DNA from: Squalus acanthias
Lineage: Eukaryota
Direction: 5' to 3'
NCBI GenBank assembly: GCA_030390025.1
Contig: CM059432.1
Span: 54,314,001 to 54,378,000 of the forward strand
Length of the DNA: 64,000 nucleotides
Shown here: in pieces, positions 25,800-38,254 of the stretch
Layout: each line of letters starts with the position of its first letter
Position numbering within the stretch: the first letter of the stretch is position 1
Translations under genes and position numbers: made by a program
Notes under the pieces: generated by a model
The model's database searches: none
The model's input: only the letters and a program-made list of their open reading frames with translations
Told to the model about the DNA's origin: nothing

Positions 25800-26445
25800 G
25801 GATTTGAGTACAGGAGTAAAGAAGTCTCACTCCAATTATATAGGGCCTTGGTGAGACCACACCTGGAGTACTGTGTACAATTTTGGTCTCCTTACCTAAG
25901 GAAGGATATACTTGCTATAGAGGGAGCGCAACGAAGGTTCACAAGATTGATTCCTGGGATGGTGGGACTGTCGTATGAGAAGAGATTGAGTAAACTAGGC
26001 CTGTATTCTCTTGAATTCAGAAGAATGAGAGGAGATCTCATTGAAGCATACAAAATTATTACAGGGCTTGATAGGGTGGATGCTGGGAGAACGTTTCCCA
26101 TGGCTGGGGAGTCTAGAACCAGGGGCCACAGCCTCAGGATAAAGGGTAGGCCATTCAGAACTGAGATGAGAAGAAATTTCTTCACACAGAGGGTGGTGAA
26201 TCTTTGGAATTCTCTACCCCAGAGGGCTGTGGAGGCTCAGTCATTGGGTATATTCAAAACAGAAGTCGATAGATTTCTGACTAGTAAGGCCATCAAGGGA
26301 TATGGCGATAGGGCCGATGAATGGAGTTGAGGCAGAAGATCAGCCATGATCTCATTGAATGGCAGAGCAGGCTCAAAGGGCTGAATGGCCTACTCCATGT
26401 TCTTATGTTCTTATGTTCTTATGTTCTTATGTTCTTATGTTCTTA
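25800..26445 (+). mobile_element. CR1 3' fragment with a long (TTCTTATG)n tail
   Basis: ORF 25848..26330 LVRPHLEYCVQFWSP..; 8-bp tandem tail at about 26397-26445. Confidence 0.95.
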
Positions 26446-27477
26446 ACTGTGTTTTTGTTTGCTGTGTGGGTTTGAGGTTGCTCTGCAACCAGCATGTTGG
26501 CCATATTGATCATTTTCACCTTTGCATTACAAGTACGTGGGCTGAGGTACAGAGATGTTAATCTTAATAAATTAAAGCCAAGAGAAAAAGCAATTCAATG
26601 AACTTTCCATGATGAAAAATTGTACATATTAATCTTTGTGAGTTGACACTGCTGAAATAAGCTTTTTTTAAAAAAAAACATGGATTACTGGGTCTGGTAA
26701 TTTACAGAATCCCCTTAGGTTGTCCAGTCTTTCAGCAGTGTAGTAAGCTCTTGTACTAGAGTATAAGCTTTGTTGAAAACTTATCCCTTTCCTTATAAAT
26801 GTTCCTGTCACAATGGTTGATAATAAAGTAGAATGGAATTCAAGGTTATTACAATAAAACAGATCGCCTGTGGCATTGCTCACAGTAAATCAAATGATGC
26901 ACTGTTTTGCGCTAGATTTTCCACCCACTAACTATGAATGAGCAGAAAATCTATATCATGTAACTGACAATATATAATTCTACTGCCAAGATGGAGCTGT
27001 GTCTTAGCTAGCCTGTCCCTTTGAGGCCACAGATTGTAATAGTTGTAAGTAACCAAAGCCAGAGGCCAATCAGAGCTTATTGCTGTTTGGTGAGGGAGGC
27101 TTGCAGATTGGAGGGTGCTTGTAAATTTTAGACTCCAAATCAGGAAAAAGAAATGAGATCAGTGTCTTTTCTAATATTTTTGACACTTTGAAGTATATGT
27201 TTGAGTGTGATGGATGCTCTCCAAACCTTTATATAGCATAATAGATCTCCATAGCATCGTTCATGAATAGTCTGGAGCAGCACTTACATGGCCTGTCCCT
27301 TTAAGGACGATAGTTCTAAATAGGCAAATTCCATAATAGTAGCTGGTGCAAATGGCTGAGGTCATTCATGGGAAATACGACTTTCAGTCTGCAGATCAAT
27401 AACTGACTTCTTTTTAATATATTTGGCATCTGTAACAATGTAGGGCAGACACGAGCTAGACTTTTTAATATACTGTC

Positions 27478-27899
27478 AGCCTTGGCTCAATGGTAACACC
27501 GATGTTTCTGGACGAAAGGTCAGGGGCTCAAGCTTTACATCGAGATGAGTATATAATCTCGGCTGGCAGTTTAGTAATGAGGAGGTGCTGCACTGTTAGA
27601 TGGGATGTTAAACCAAGCCCTCCTCTGCCTGCTTAAGTGGATATAAAAGATACCATGATATCATTTAAGAGCAGAGAAGTTCTCTGTGTCCTGGCCAACA
27701 TTTATCGCTCAGCTAACACCACTAATGCAAATTATGTGATCATCTATCTCATTGCTGTTTATGGGACATTGCTGTGTGCAAATTGGTTACTGTGTTTCCC
27801 TACATTACAACAGTCACTACACTTCAAAAATTGGTTGTGAAGAAATTTGGGACATACTCAAGACATGAAAAGTGCTCCATAAATGCAAGCTCTTTCTTT
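27478..27899 (+). mobile_element. DeuSINE (SacSINE1-like), degraded
   Basis: tggctcaatgg A-box head; central and tail similarity to 55884-56335. Confidence 0.8.
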
Positions 27900-27994
27900 A
27901 TATGCTAGCAGGTTATCTGCAACATTGCTCATGGTGAGTTGAAAGCTGTTTTATAGTGATTACACAATTAATTCAACGAATTGTAATTTCTATT

Positions 27995-29203
27995 ATAAAG
28001 TTTCTTTGATGAGGTAACAAAGAAAGTTGATCAAGGTAATTCAGTAGATGTTGTATATATGGACTTTCGGAAGGCATTCAATAAAGTGCCACAGAGGAGG
28101 CTTGTTAAGAAGGTGGAAGCCCATGGAATTAAAGGGAAAGTGGCGGCATGGATATGGAATTGGCTCAATGACAGGAAGCAGGGGGGTGGTGGTGGTTGAA
28201 TGCTTTTCAGGCTGGGTGGTGGTTGCAGTAGTGTTCCCCAAGGGTCAGTTTTGGGTCCATTGCTCTTTTCAATTTTTATAAACGACCTAAACTCAGGTGT
28301 AGGGAACAGCATTATAAAGTTTGATGATATGAAACTTGGCAAAGTTGTTGATAGTGATGAGGATATTTGTAGACTTCAGAATGACATAGACAGGATGGTT
28401 AAATGGGCTGAAGCATGGCAGATGGAGTTCAATGCAGAGAAGTGTGATGTAATGCACTTTGGGAGTACTAATATGGAAAGACAGTACACAATAAATGGCA
28501 CGATTTTACTCGAGCAGAGAGACCTTGGTGTCCATATACACAAATCCTTACAGGTGGTAGGGTAAGTTGTTAAGGTGGGTAAAAAAGCATATGGGTTACT
28601 TGGGTTTATAAATAGAGGCATAGAATATAAAAGCAAAGAGATAATGCTAGAATTTTATAAATCACTGGTTAGGCCTCAGCTGGAGTATTGTGGACAATTC
28701 TGGGCACCACATTTCAGGAAAGATGTAAAGGGTACAGAGGAGGTTTACCAGGAGGTTACCAGGGATGAGGAGAGGTTGAAAAAGTTAGGACTGTTCTCCT
28801 TGGAACAGAGAAGGTTAAGAGGTGACCTAATAGAGGTTTTCAAGATGATGAGAGGTTTTGATAGAGTAAATAGAGAAAAACTATTCCCTCTGGCGAGTGG
28901 GTCAATAACCAGTGGTCATAGAATTAAAATCATTGACAAAAGATTTAGAGGGGAGACTAGATTTTTTTTCACTTAGAGAATTGTCGGGGTCTGGAACACT
29001 CTACCTGAAAAGGTGGTGGAAGCTGATTCGATGAATAATTTTAAAAGGGAGTTGGACAGATACTTGAGGATGAGGAATACAGGGTTACTGACAAAAAGCG
29101 AGGCTGTGGGACTAAGCACGACTGCTCTTTCAAAGAACCGGCACAGGCACGACAGGCAGAATGGCCTCCTTCTGTGCTGTAAGTTTCTATGATTCTATGA
29201 TTG
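27995..29203 (+). mobile_element. CR1 RT and 3' end
   Basis: [21 protein letters not shown], ttctatgattctatga tail. Confidence 0.9.
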
Positions 29204-29322
29204 TATGTAAGTGCTATTGGGAGTGTCAGAAGGATTTTTGAGCTCAGTTTATGTGCTTCTGTCTACAGTTTCATGGGAGTTATAAGTCAGTCACCTTGAT
29301 TCTTGTTATATGTTTGTTTATG

Positions 29323-29750
29323 TGGCTTGGCTCAATAGTAACATTCTTGCCTCTGAGTCAGATGGTTGGGGGGGGTTCATAGTCCCACTCCAGAGACTTG
29401 AGCACATCATATAGACTGACACTCCAGTGCAGTTCTGAGGAGCTGCCATCTTTCAGATGAGCTAAAGCAAGACCATGTCTACACTCTCAGGATATAAAAG
29501 ATCTCACAGTAATATACAAAGAAGAGCAGGGGAGTTCTCCTGGTGTCCTGGCCAATATTTAGCCCTCAACTAACATCACTAAAACACATTATCTGGTCAT
29601 GATCTCATTCCTGCTTGTGGGACCTCGTTGTGTTCAAATTGGCTGCCTGTTTCCTACCTTACAACAGTGACTACACTTCAAAAAGTACTTTATTGGTTGT
29701 AAAGTGCTTTGTGACATCCTGAGGTTGTGAAAGGTACTATATAAATGCAA
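29323..29750 (+). mobile_element. DeuSINE (SacSINE1-like)
   Basis: tRNA-like head, gaagagcaggggagttctcc..gtcctggccaatattt core, aaggtactatataaatgcaa tail. Confidence 0.85.
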
Positions 29751-30095
29751 AGAGAAAAGTCAAGACAATGGAGCAGTGTAGTGAATTGGGTAAAGATAAG
29801 CAGTGTGTGACAGAAAGGGACAGAGAGTTTAACGGTAAAAGTGCATCAGCAAATAAGGTGAAAGCAGGGAATAAGGGTAAAAAGTTAAAACTAAAGGATC
29901 CTTACCTGAATGCATGAAGCATCTGTAACAAGGTAAATGAATTAGTGACACAAATAGAGACAAATGGGTTTGATGTAATAGCCATTACAGATGCATGGTT
30001 GCAAGGTGACTAGGGTTGGAAACTAAATATTCGAGGGTACTTGACGTTTTGAAAAGACAGGCGGACTGGAACAGGAGCGGGGGTAGCCCTGATAA

Positions 30096-31234
30096 TTTAT
30101 TTTTATTTGTTTCTGGGATGTGGCCGTCACTGGCAAGGCCAGCATTTATTGCCCATCCCAGGTGGTGGTGGTGAGCCACCTTCTTGAACTGCTGCAGTCC
30201 ATGTGGTGAAGGTACTCCCATAGTGCTGTTAGGGAGGGAGTTCCAGGATTTTGACCCAGCGACGATGAAGGAACGGCGATATAATTCCATGTCAGGATGG
30301 TGTGTGACTTGGAGGGTAACATGGAGGTGATTGTGTTCCCATGAGCCTGCTGCCCTTGTCCTTCTAGGTGGTAGAGGTGGCGGGTTTGGGAGGTGCTGTC
30401 GAAGAAGCCTTGGCGAGTTTCTGCAGTGCATCTTGTAGATGGTACACACTGTAGCCACGGTGGTGGAGGGAGTGAATATTTAAGGTGGTGGATGGGGTGC
30501 CAATCAAGCGGGCTGCTTTGTCCTGGATGGTGTTGAGTTTCTTGAGTGTTGATGGAGCTGAACTCATCCAGGCAAGTGGAGAGTATTCCATCACACTCCT
30601 GACTTGTGCCTTGTAGATGGTGGAAAGGCTTTGGGGAGTCAGGAGGTGAGATACTGGCCACAGAATACCTAGCTTCTGACCTGCTCTTGTAGCCACTGTA
30701 TTTATGTGGCTGGTCCAGTTAAGTTTCTGGTTAAGGGTGACCCCGAGGCTGTTGATAGTAAGGGATTCGGCGATGGTAATGCCGTTGAATTTCAAGGGGT
30801 GGCGGTTAGACTCTCTCATGTTGGAGATAGTCATTGCCTGGCACTTGTGTGGTGCGAATATTACTTGCCACTTATCAGCCCAAGCCTGAATGTCATCCAG
30901 GTCTTGCTGCATGCGGACAGGGACTGTTTCATTATCTGAGGAGTTGCGAATGGAACTGAACACTGTGCAGTCATCAGCGAACATCCCCACTTCTGACCTT
31001 ATGATGGAGGGAAGGTCCTTGATAAAGCAGCTGAAGAGGTTGGGCCTAGAACACTGCCCTGAGGAACTCCAGCAGTGATATCCTGGGGCTAAGAAGATTG
31101 ACCTCCAACAACCACAACCATCTTCCTTTGTGCTAGGTATGACTCCAGCCAGTGGAGAGTCTTCCCCCTGATTCCCATTGACTGCAATTTTACTAGAGTT
31201 CCTTGATGCCACCTTTAGTCAAATGCTGCCTTGA
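30096..31234 (-). mobile_element. 5'-truncated CR1/L2-type LINE (second family) inserted into the CR1
   Basis: ORF 30364..31212 MFADDCTVF..VRSVMEYSPLAW..IQDKAARLI; A-rich 3' tail at 30096-30110. Confidence 0.9.
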
Positions 31235-31697
31235 TTAAGGATGATATAAGGACAGTAGTGAGAAAGGATTTTGGCTCAGAAGATCAGAATGGGTGGAGAT
31301 AAGAAATAACAAGCAGCAGATAACAATGGTGAGAGTAGTTTATAGATCCCCTAAGAGTAGCTGTACCATTGTTACAAGCTCCTATCAAGAAATAATAGGA
31401 GCTTGTAACAAAGATAATGCAATAATCATGGTGGACTTTAATCTTCATATAGATTGAGCAGATCAAACAGGCAAGGTTAGTCTGGAAGACGAGTTCATGG
31501 AATGCATTCAAAAAAGTTTCCTAGAACAATACGTCAAGCAACCAACCAGGGAATTAACAGGCTATTTTAGATCTTGTTTTGTGTAATGAGACAGGGTTAA
31601 TTAGTAATCTAATAGTAAAGGATCCTCTAGGGAAGAGTGGCCAGAAGATGATAGAATTTCACATTGAGTTTGAGAGTCACATTCTTAAGTCCGAAAC

Positions 31698-32606
31698 GTC
31701 TTCTTCTTCTTCTTCTTAGGCAGTCCCTCGGAACCGAGGATGACTTGCTTCCACACTAAAAATGAGTTCTCAGGTGACTGATGAGTCCAATGCAGGACCT
31801 ACAGTCTCTGTCACAGGTGGGGAAGACGGTGGTTGAAGGGGCGGGTGGGTGGGGTGCTTGGGTTGACGTGCGCTCCTTCTGCTGTTTGCGCTTGGCTTCC
31901 GCTTGCTCCCGGCGAAGAGACTCGAGGTGTTCGGCGCCTTCCCGGATGCTTCTCTTCCACTTTGTGCGGTCTTGGGCCAGGGATTCCCAGGTGTCGGTGG
32001 GGATGTTACACTTTTTCAAGGAGGCTTTGAGGGTGTCCTTGAAGCGTTTCCTCTGCCCACCTGGGGCTCTCTTGCCGTGTCGGAGCTCCGAGTAGAGCGC
32101 TTGTTTTGGGAGTCTTGTATCGGGCATGCGGACGATGTGGCCTGTTCATCGGAGCTGATCAAGCGTGGTCAAAGCTTCGATGCTGGGGATGTTGGACTGA
32201 GCGAGAACACTGACGTTGGTGTGCCTATCCTGCCAATGGATTTGCAGGATCTTGTGGAGGCAGCATTGGTGGTACCTCTCCAGTGCTTTGAGGTGCCTGC
32301 TGTACATGGTCCATGTTTCTGAAGCATACAGGAGGGCGGGTATCACTACTGCTTTGTAGACCATGAGCTTGGTGCTGGGTTTGACATCCTGGTCTTCAAA
32401 CACTCTCTTCCTCAGGCGACCGAAGGCTGCACTGGCACACTGAAGGTGGTGTTGGACTTCGTCATCGACGACTGCCCTTGTTGACAGTAGGCTCCCGAGG
32501 TATGGAAAGTGGTCCACGTTGTCCAAGGCCTCGTCATGGATTTTGCTAATCGGGGGGCAGTACTGTGTGGCGGGGGCAGGTTGGTAGAGGACCTTTGTCT
32601 TACGGA
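31698..32606 (-). mobile_element. RTE-clade LINE 3' fragment
   Basis: FPYLGS..LLYASETW..RLPKQALYSEL..GGQRKRFKD; (GAA)n tail; 12-bp TSD taagtccgaaac (31686-31697) / taagtctgaaac (32607-32618). Confidence 0.92.
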
Positions 32607-32997
32607 TAAGTCTGAAACTAGAGTCTTAAACTTAAACAAAGCCAATTATATAGGTATGAGGGGCGAGTTGGCTAAGGTAGATTGGGAAATTAGATTAAAA
32701 TGTATGACGGTAGATAAGCAGTGGCAAACATTTAAAGAAATATTCCAAAATTCTCAAAGAATATACATTCCATTCAGAAATATAAACTCCATGAGAAAAG
32801 TGATCCATCTGTGGCTAACTAAAGAAGTTAAGGATAGTATTAGATTAAAAGAAGAGGCTTATAATGTTGCAAAGAATAGTAGTAAGCCTGAGGATTGGGA
32901 GAGCTTTAGAAACCAGCAAAAGATGACCAAAAAACTGATAAAAAGGGAGATTATATTGGGGAACAAGGAAATGGCAGAGACTTTAAACAAATATTTT

Positions 32998-33835
32998 GGG
33001 CTGGATTTTCAATGACCCGTGGAGTCGGGTTTGGAGTCGGAGGGGGGGGGGTTAAAGTTGCAGATTCGGGGGTCCCGACCCCATCCCGACTCCAACCAGC
33101 CTCCATGCCAGTTTCTCTGGCGGCGGGTACCCGACCTGTTCTGAGACCCGACTCCCCGAGACGGGAAGGGATTAGTGACAATTAACTGCCTGTTAACAGG
33201 TAGTTAACAGGCAGTTTTTTGCATAATCCCTATTTTAAAAAGAAAACTGTGGGCTTCCCGACAGGTGGCAACCACTCCAAGTTATCGGGGCGGGCCGTGT
33301 GTCTGCAGGGGTCGATATGTCCAGTGGGCAGGTGAGTGATGGGTGCATGTGTGCAGAGGTAAGTGTGTAAGGTAAGTGCTAAGTGTTGAAAAAAGTTTTA
33401 CTTACCTTAACTTCCTCCTGCAGGTGTCAGCCCTTCAGTTCTCGGGAGTTAGAAATCTCACTGGCACAGAAAGCAGGAAAGCCGTGGTTCTGTCAAAACC
33501 TGCAGCCTTCTGTTTTCTGTGCTGGAATGATTTCTAACTCAGCCTGAAAGGAAGGACTGAAGTTAGAAATCATATTGTGAGTGTTTGACAGCTTCACAGA
33601 GCTGTCAAACGCTGATATTTCATCTGTCAAAAGCTCTTGACAGATGAAATGTCAGTCTGTGACGTGACCTATTGCCGGGTGGCCCTTAATTGGCCTGCTG
33701 AGCCCACTGGGCGGGCTCAACAAGGTCAATCAAGGGAAAATACAGTGGGTTGGCCACATCTCGATGGAGGCGGGTTCACAAGCCAGAATGTGTGATTCCC
33801 GACCCCAACCCGACTCCAACTTCAAAATCCAGTCC
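32998..33835. mobile_element. Harbinger-type MITE inserted into CR1 ORF2
   Basis: TIR gggctggattttcaa / ttcaaaatccagtcc; TTT TSD; removing it restores LNKYF-VSVFT. Confidence 0.9.
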
Positions 33836-35540
33836 TTTGTATCTGTCTTCACAGGAGAAGACACAAAAAGCATACCAAAAATAGTGGGGAACCAAGGGGC
33901 TAATGAGACTGAGGAACTTAAAGTAATTAATATCAGTAGAGAAAAAGTACTTGAGAAACTAATGGGACTAAAAGCTGGCAAAACCCCTGGACCTGATGGC
34001 CGACATCCTAGGGTTCTAAAAGAGGTGGCTGCAGAGATACTGGATGCATTGGTTGTGATCTTTCAAAATTCCATAGATTCAGGAATGGTCCCAGCGGATT
34101 GGAAAGTAGCAAATGTAACCCCATTATTCAAGAAAGAAGGGAAGAGAAAACAGGCCAGTTAGCCTGACATCAGTTGTCAGGAAAATGCTGGAATCCATTG
34201 TTAAGGAATTGGTAACAGGGCACTTAGAAAATCATAATATGATTAGGCAGAGTCAACATGGTTTTATGAAAGGGAAATCATGTTTGACAAATTTATTAGA
34301 GTTTTTTGAGGATGTAACTGCAGTGTAGATAAAGGGGAAATGGTGGATGTAGTATATTTGGATTTCCAAAAGACATTCGATAAGGTGCCACATAAAAGGT
34401 TGTTACGCAAGATAAGGGCACATAGGATTGGGGGCAATGTATTAGCATGGATAGAGGATTGGTTAACGGACAAAAAACAGAGAGTAGGGATAAACAAGTC
34501 ATTTTCAGATTGGCAGGCTGTAACTAGTGGGGTGCCGCAAGGATCAGTGCTTGGGCCTCAGCTATTTCCAATCTATATTAATGACTTAGATGAAGGGACC
34601 GAGTGCAATATATCCAAGTTTGCTGATGATACAAAGCTAGGTGGGAAAGTAAGCTGTGAGGAGGACGCAAAGAGCCTGAAAAAGTATATAGACAGGTTAA
34701 GTGAGTGGGAAATATGGTGGCAGATGGAGTATAATGTGTGTAAATGTAAGGTTATTCACTTTGGTAGGGAGAATAGAAAAGCTGAGTATTTTTTAAATGG
34801 TGAGAGATTGGGAAATGTTGGTATTCAGAGAGATTTAGGTGTCCTCGTGCAGGAAACACAGAGAACTAGCATGCAGGTACAGCAAACAATTAGGAAGGCA
34901 AATGGCCTTTTTTGCTGGAGGGTTGGAGTACAAGAGTAAGGAAGTTTTGCTACAATTGTACAGGGGCTTGGTGAGACCACACCTGGAGTACTTTGCACAG
35001 TTTTGGTCTCCTTATCTAAGGAAGGATATACTTGCTTTGGAGGCGGTGCAACGAAGGTTCACTAGATTGATTCCTAGGATGAGAGGGTTGTCCTTTGAGG
35101 AGAGATTGAATAGATTGGGCCTGTACTCTCTGGAGTTTAGAAGAATGAGAGGTGATCTCATTGAAACATATAAGATTCTGAGGGGAAGTGACAGGATAGA
35201 TGCGGAGAGATTGTTTTCCCCTGGCTGGAGTGTCTAGAACTAGGGGGCAAAGTCTCAGGATAGGGGGACTGGTCTTTTAAGATACAGATGAGGAGGAATA
35301 TCTTCACTCAGACAGTTGTGAATCTTTGGAATTCTCTGCCCCAAAGAGCTGTGGATGCTGAGTAGTTGAGTATATTCAAGACTGAGATAAATAGATATTT
35401 GGACTCTAGAGGAATCAAGGGATATGGGGATCGGGCAGGAAAGTGGAGTTGGGGTCGAAGATCAGCCATGATCTTATTGAATGGTGGAGCAGGGTCGAGG
35501 GGCCGTATGGCCTATGCCTGCTCCTAATTCTTATGTTCTT

Positions 35541-36298
35541 GGCCCGTATTTTCCGATCGGAGGTTTCCTGCATGTGGAGGCCTCCAATCTGGAAAAAATT
35601 TACGGACTTACCTGAGGGCTCCCGAGGTGCATATACTTCCGTTCCTGGGCCTCTCCAAATTCGAAAGGCACAGGGCCCACGTATCCCAGAGGCGCATGCA
35701 GTTTGCAAGCGTCCTTGAGATCACGTGGGCCATGGGGAGCCAATAGGAGAAGGGAATCTCCCTTCATACACTTGACAGATAGACCTGTCAAATATATGAA
35801 TGAAGATCACCCTCAAAACACTGTAAAACATTAAATTAATTTTTTTTAAACATCATATTTTTTAAATGAGTTGAAATTACAATAAATTTAATATTTTAAA
35901 CAAAAATTAAATTTTTTGAAAAAATAATTAAAGTTTTTTACGGGGCTAAAAATAAACTTACCTTTTTCTAAAGTATTTTTAAATGATAAATGAGCAAAAA
36001 AAAAATTTAAAACTTTTTTCAGCTCTTATGCTGGTAAAAGCAGGCCTTATGCCTGCTTTTACCAGGCGTAAGATTTCTAGGGTTTTCTGCGGGCGGTGGT
36101 TCTCCAGAAAGCGGAACTCTCCGCCCGCAGAGGCCCTTCTCTAGGGCAGGCGTCCGATCTGTCAAGAGCATTCTTGACAGATCGGAAATGCTGGTTTTCA
36201 GCGCATGCGCTTGGCATGCCTGAAACCGGCATTTCCGATGTCCCTACGGGTGTGTACACAGCGCATACACACCCGTAGGCATCGTAATATACAGCCCC
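35541..36298. mobile_element. Hairpin-rich Harbinger-type MITE inserted into the CR1 tail
   Basis: Ends ggcccgtattttccgat / atcgtaatatacagcccc; the ttatgttct tail continues on both sides. Confidence 0.75.
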
Positions 36299-37139
36299 TT
36301 ATGTTCTCAGTCTTACTTTCTATTTATTGAATTTCATGTGTTACATTTTTTTGAAGTCTCGGAACCAGAGGAAGAGTGATGCTTTAGGTTGCAGGAAGTT
36401 AGGAGGTGTATTGAGATACTGAGCAAGGTGTGGCAATGTGGTTTTAGTAGTATTGGGGAAATAGTCTACAGTATTGGAGTAGTGCAAGGGTAGTTTTGGG
36501 CTGTGGGAAAACTGGGATGGTGGGCTGTCAGAGCATTGGCGAGGGGGCTTGTTGGGTGTACGAGTAGTGGGAGGTGGATCCAGTGACTGCGTACCATGGG
36601 ACATTGTTTACAGGGTGCTGCTGCAAAATGTGATATAATCACATTCATTAATGTTACTGCGAAACTGCGTATAAGCTCTTTATAGGGCTAACAGTTCTTC
36701 TACTTTCTTAGCAAAAACGCAGTAAGTACTTTAAACAATTTAAAGCTAGTACCCAAATCACAGTCAGGAACACAATATTAGGGGCTTAAATCAATAGTGG
36801 ATGGGCAAGGGTGTTCGGGCAGGAGTGGCGAATGGTAGTAGTCAGGAGGAGAAAGTATGGGGGCTACGGCAGGAGACAGCAGGAGGGAAGATTGAGTAGT
36901 GAGGGATCTGAAGACATGGGCCTTCAGTGTGGTAGCAGAAGAAGTGGTTGGAGAGAGTGGGGAGGAGGTTCATGCCCAATAACGAGCACGAGTGAATTTA
37001 TCCCCCGTAGATTCCATAGATCATCAGTTCTGATTTGCTGCTGTTTTACTTTGAGCCAAGTAACAAAATGTGTTGACATAATTCTGGTAAAGGATTTTAC
37101 AATTACAAAATATTAAATTCTGAGAGCATGCCTACCTGC

Positions 37140-38250
37140 ATTTAAGCCAGGAGCAGTGTAATAGATGGCTCCGCTTCACCAAGGAGGTGGTCACAGAACT
37201 CTGCTACCTCCTGCAACCAGACCTGCAGCCTCAGAGCAGCGTAACAATGGCACTGCCAGTGGCCCTCAAGGTCACCAGGGCCCTCAGTTTTTTCGCCACT
37301 GGATCCTTCCAGTCTGGAGGTGGAGACATAGCTAACATCTCCCAGTTCGCCGTCCATCACTACATTTGGGAGGTCACAGAGGCTCTGTACTCCAGGAGAA
37401 GGGACTTAATTGTCTTCTCTCTGAACAGAGAGAAGCAGGAGTAACGTGCATGTGGCTTTGCCAGGATATCGAGCTTTTCCATGGTGCAGGACGCCTTCGA
37501 CTGCACACATATGGCTTTGCGGGCACTGCAAATCATATACCGCAACCGCAAAGACTACCACTCATTTAATGTGCAGTTGGTGTGCGACCATGCCCAGCTC
37601 ATCATGATGCTGAATGCCCTGTATCCTGGCAGCAATCATGATGCCTTCATCCTGCGCAGTCCAGGGTGCCAGCAATCTTCCAGCCACCACGTCGAACCCG
37701 GGGGTGGCTGCATGGAGACAAGGGCTATCCATTCTGCACCTAGCTGATGACTCCCCTCCGCAACCCCACCACACGTGGCCAGCACTCATAATAACAGCCA
37801 AGCTGCCACCAGGAACCTCATCGAGCAGACCATCAGGGTGCTCAAGCAACGGTTCTGCTGCCTTGACCGCTCAGGAGGAGCCCTCCAGTATGCGCCAGAG
37901 CGGGTGTCCCATTTCGTGGTGGTCTGCTACATCCTCCACAACTTGGCCATCATCAGGGCACGGCCCTTGCCACCACAGGTTCCATGACTACCTCAGGAGT
38001 AGGAGGAAGAGGAAGAGGAAGAGGAAGAGGAAGAGGAAGAGGAAGAGGAAGAGGAAGAGGAAGAGGAAGAGGAAGAGAGGATGAAGAGGATGAGGAAGAA
38101 GAAGAGGAAGAAGAAGAGATGAGGCAGGCAGCAGATCCCTGTTCCGGACGGGTTGTCTGTGAGCGCCTCATCAGAATCCGGTGAATGAAACCCCAGATCC
38201 CCGTTGCTCACCACTTCTCCACCTTACCATCCCTCTGTCATCACAGCGTC
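37140..38250 (+). pseudogene. Harbinger DDE transposase with frameshifts
   Basis: LRFTKEVVTELC..ALPVALKVT..ATGSFQ..FDCTHMAL..YRNRKDYHSFNVQLVCD..PGSNHDAFIL..IEQTI..LKQRF..LHNLAI. Confidence 0.92.
38003..38120 (+). repeat. (GGAAGA)n microsatellite in the acidic tail of the transposase
   Basis: About 12 pure GGAAGA units followed by a degenerate GAR tract. Confidence 0.95.
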
Positions 38251-38254
38251 CTCT

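Larger units (their letters stand above)
29751..35540 (+). mobile_element. Long CR1 LINE (endonuclease to 3' tail) hosting three internal insertions
   Basis: YLNA*SI.NK..ITDAWL at 29900-30000; endonuclease at 31235-31697; RT ORFs 33764-35237; tail at 35528-35540. Confidence 0.9.

Noticed and set aside
26397..26445. Tandem 8-mers as a CRISPR-like array
   Set aside because: No spacers; this is the ordinary CR1 3' tail repeat.
26985..27310. caagatgg, ccaatc and a twice-seen gcctgtcccttt as a promoter
   Set aside because: Short motifs only, with no CpG island or transcript evidence.
37953..38214. RG-, KR-, LP- or S-repeat proteins in the ORF track
   Set aside because: Alternative-frame readings of the (GGAAGA)n microsatellite.
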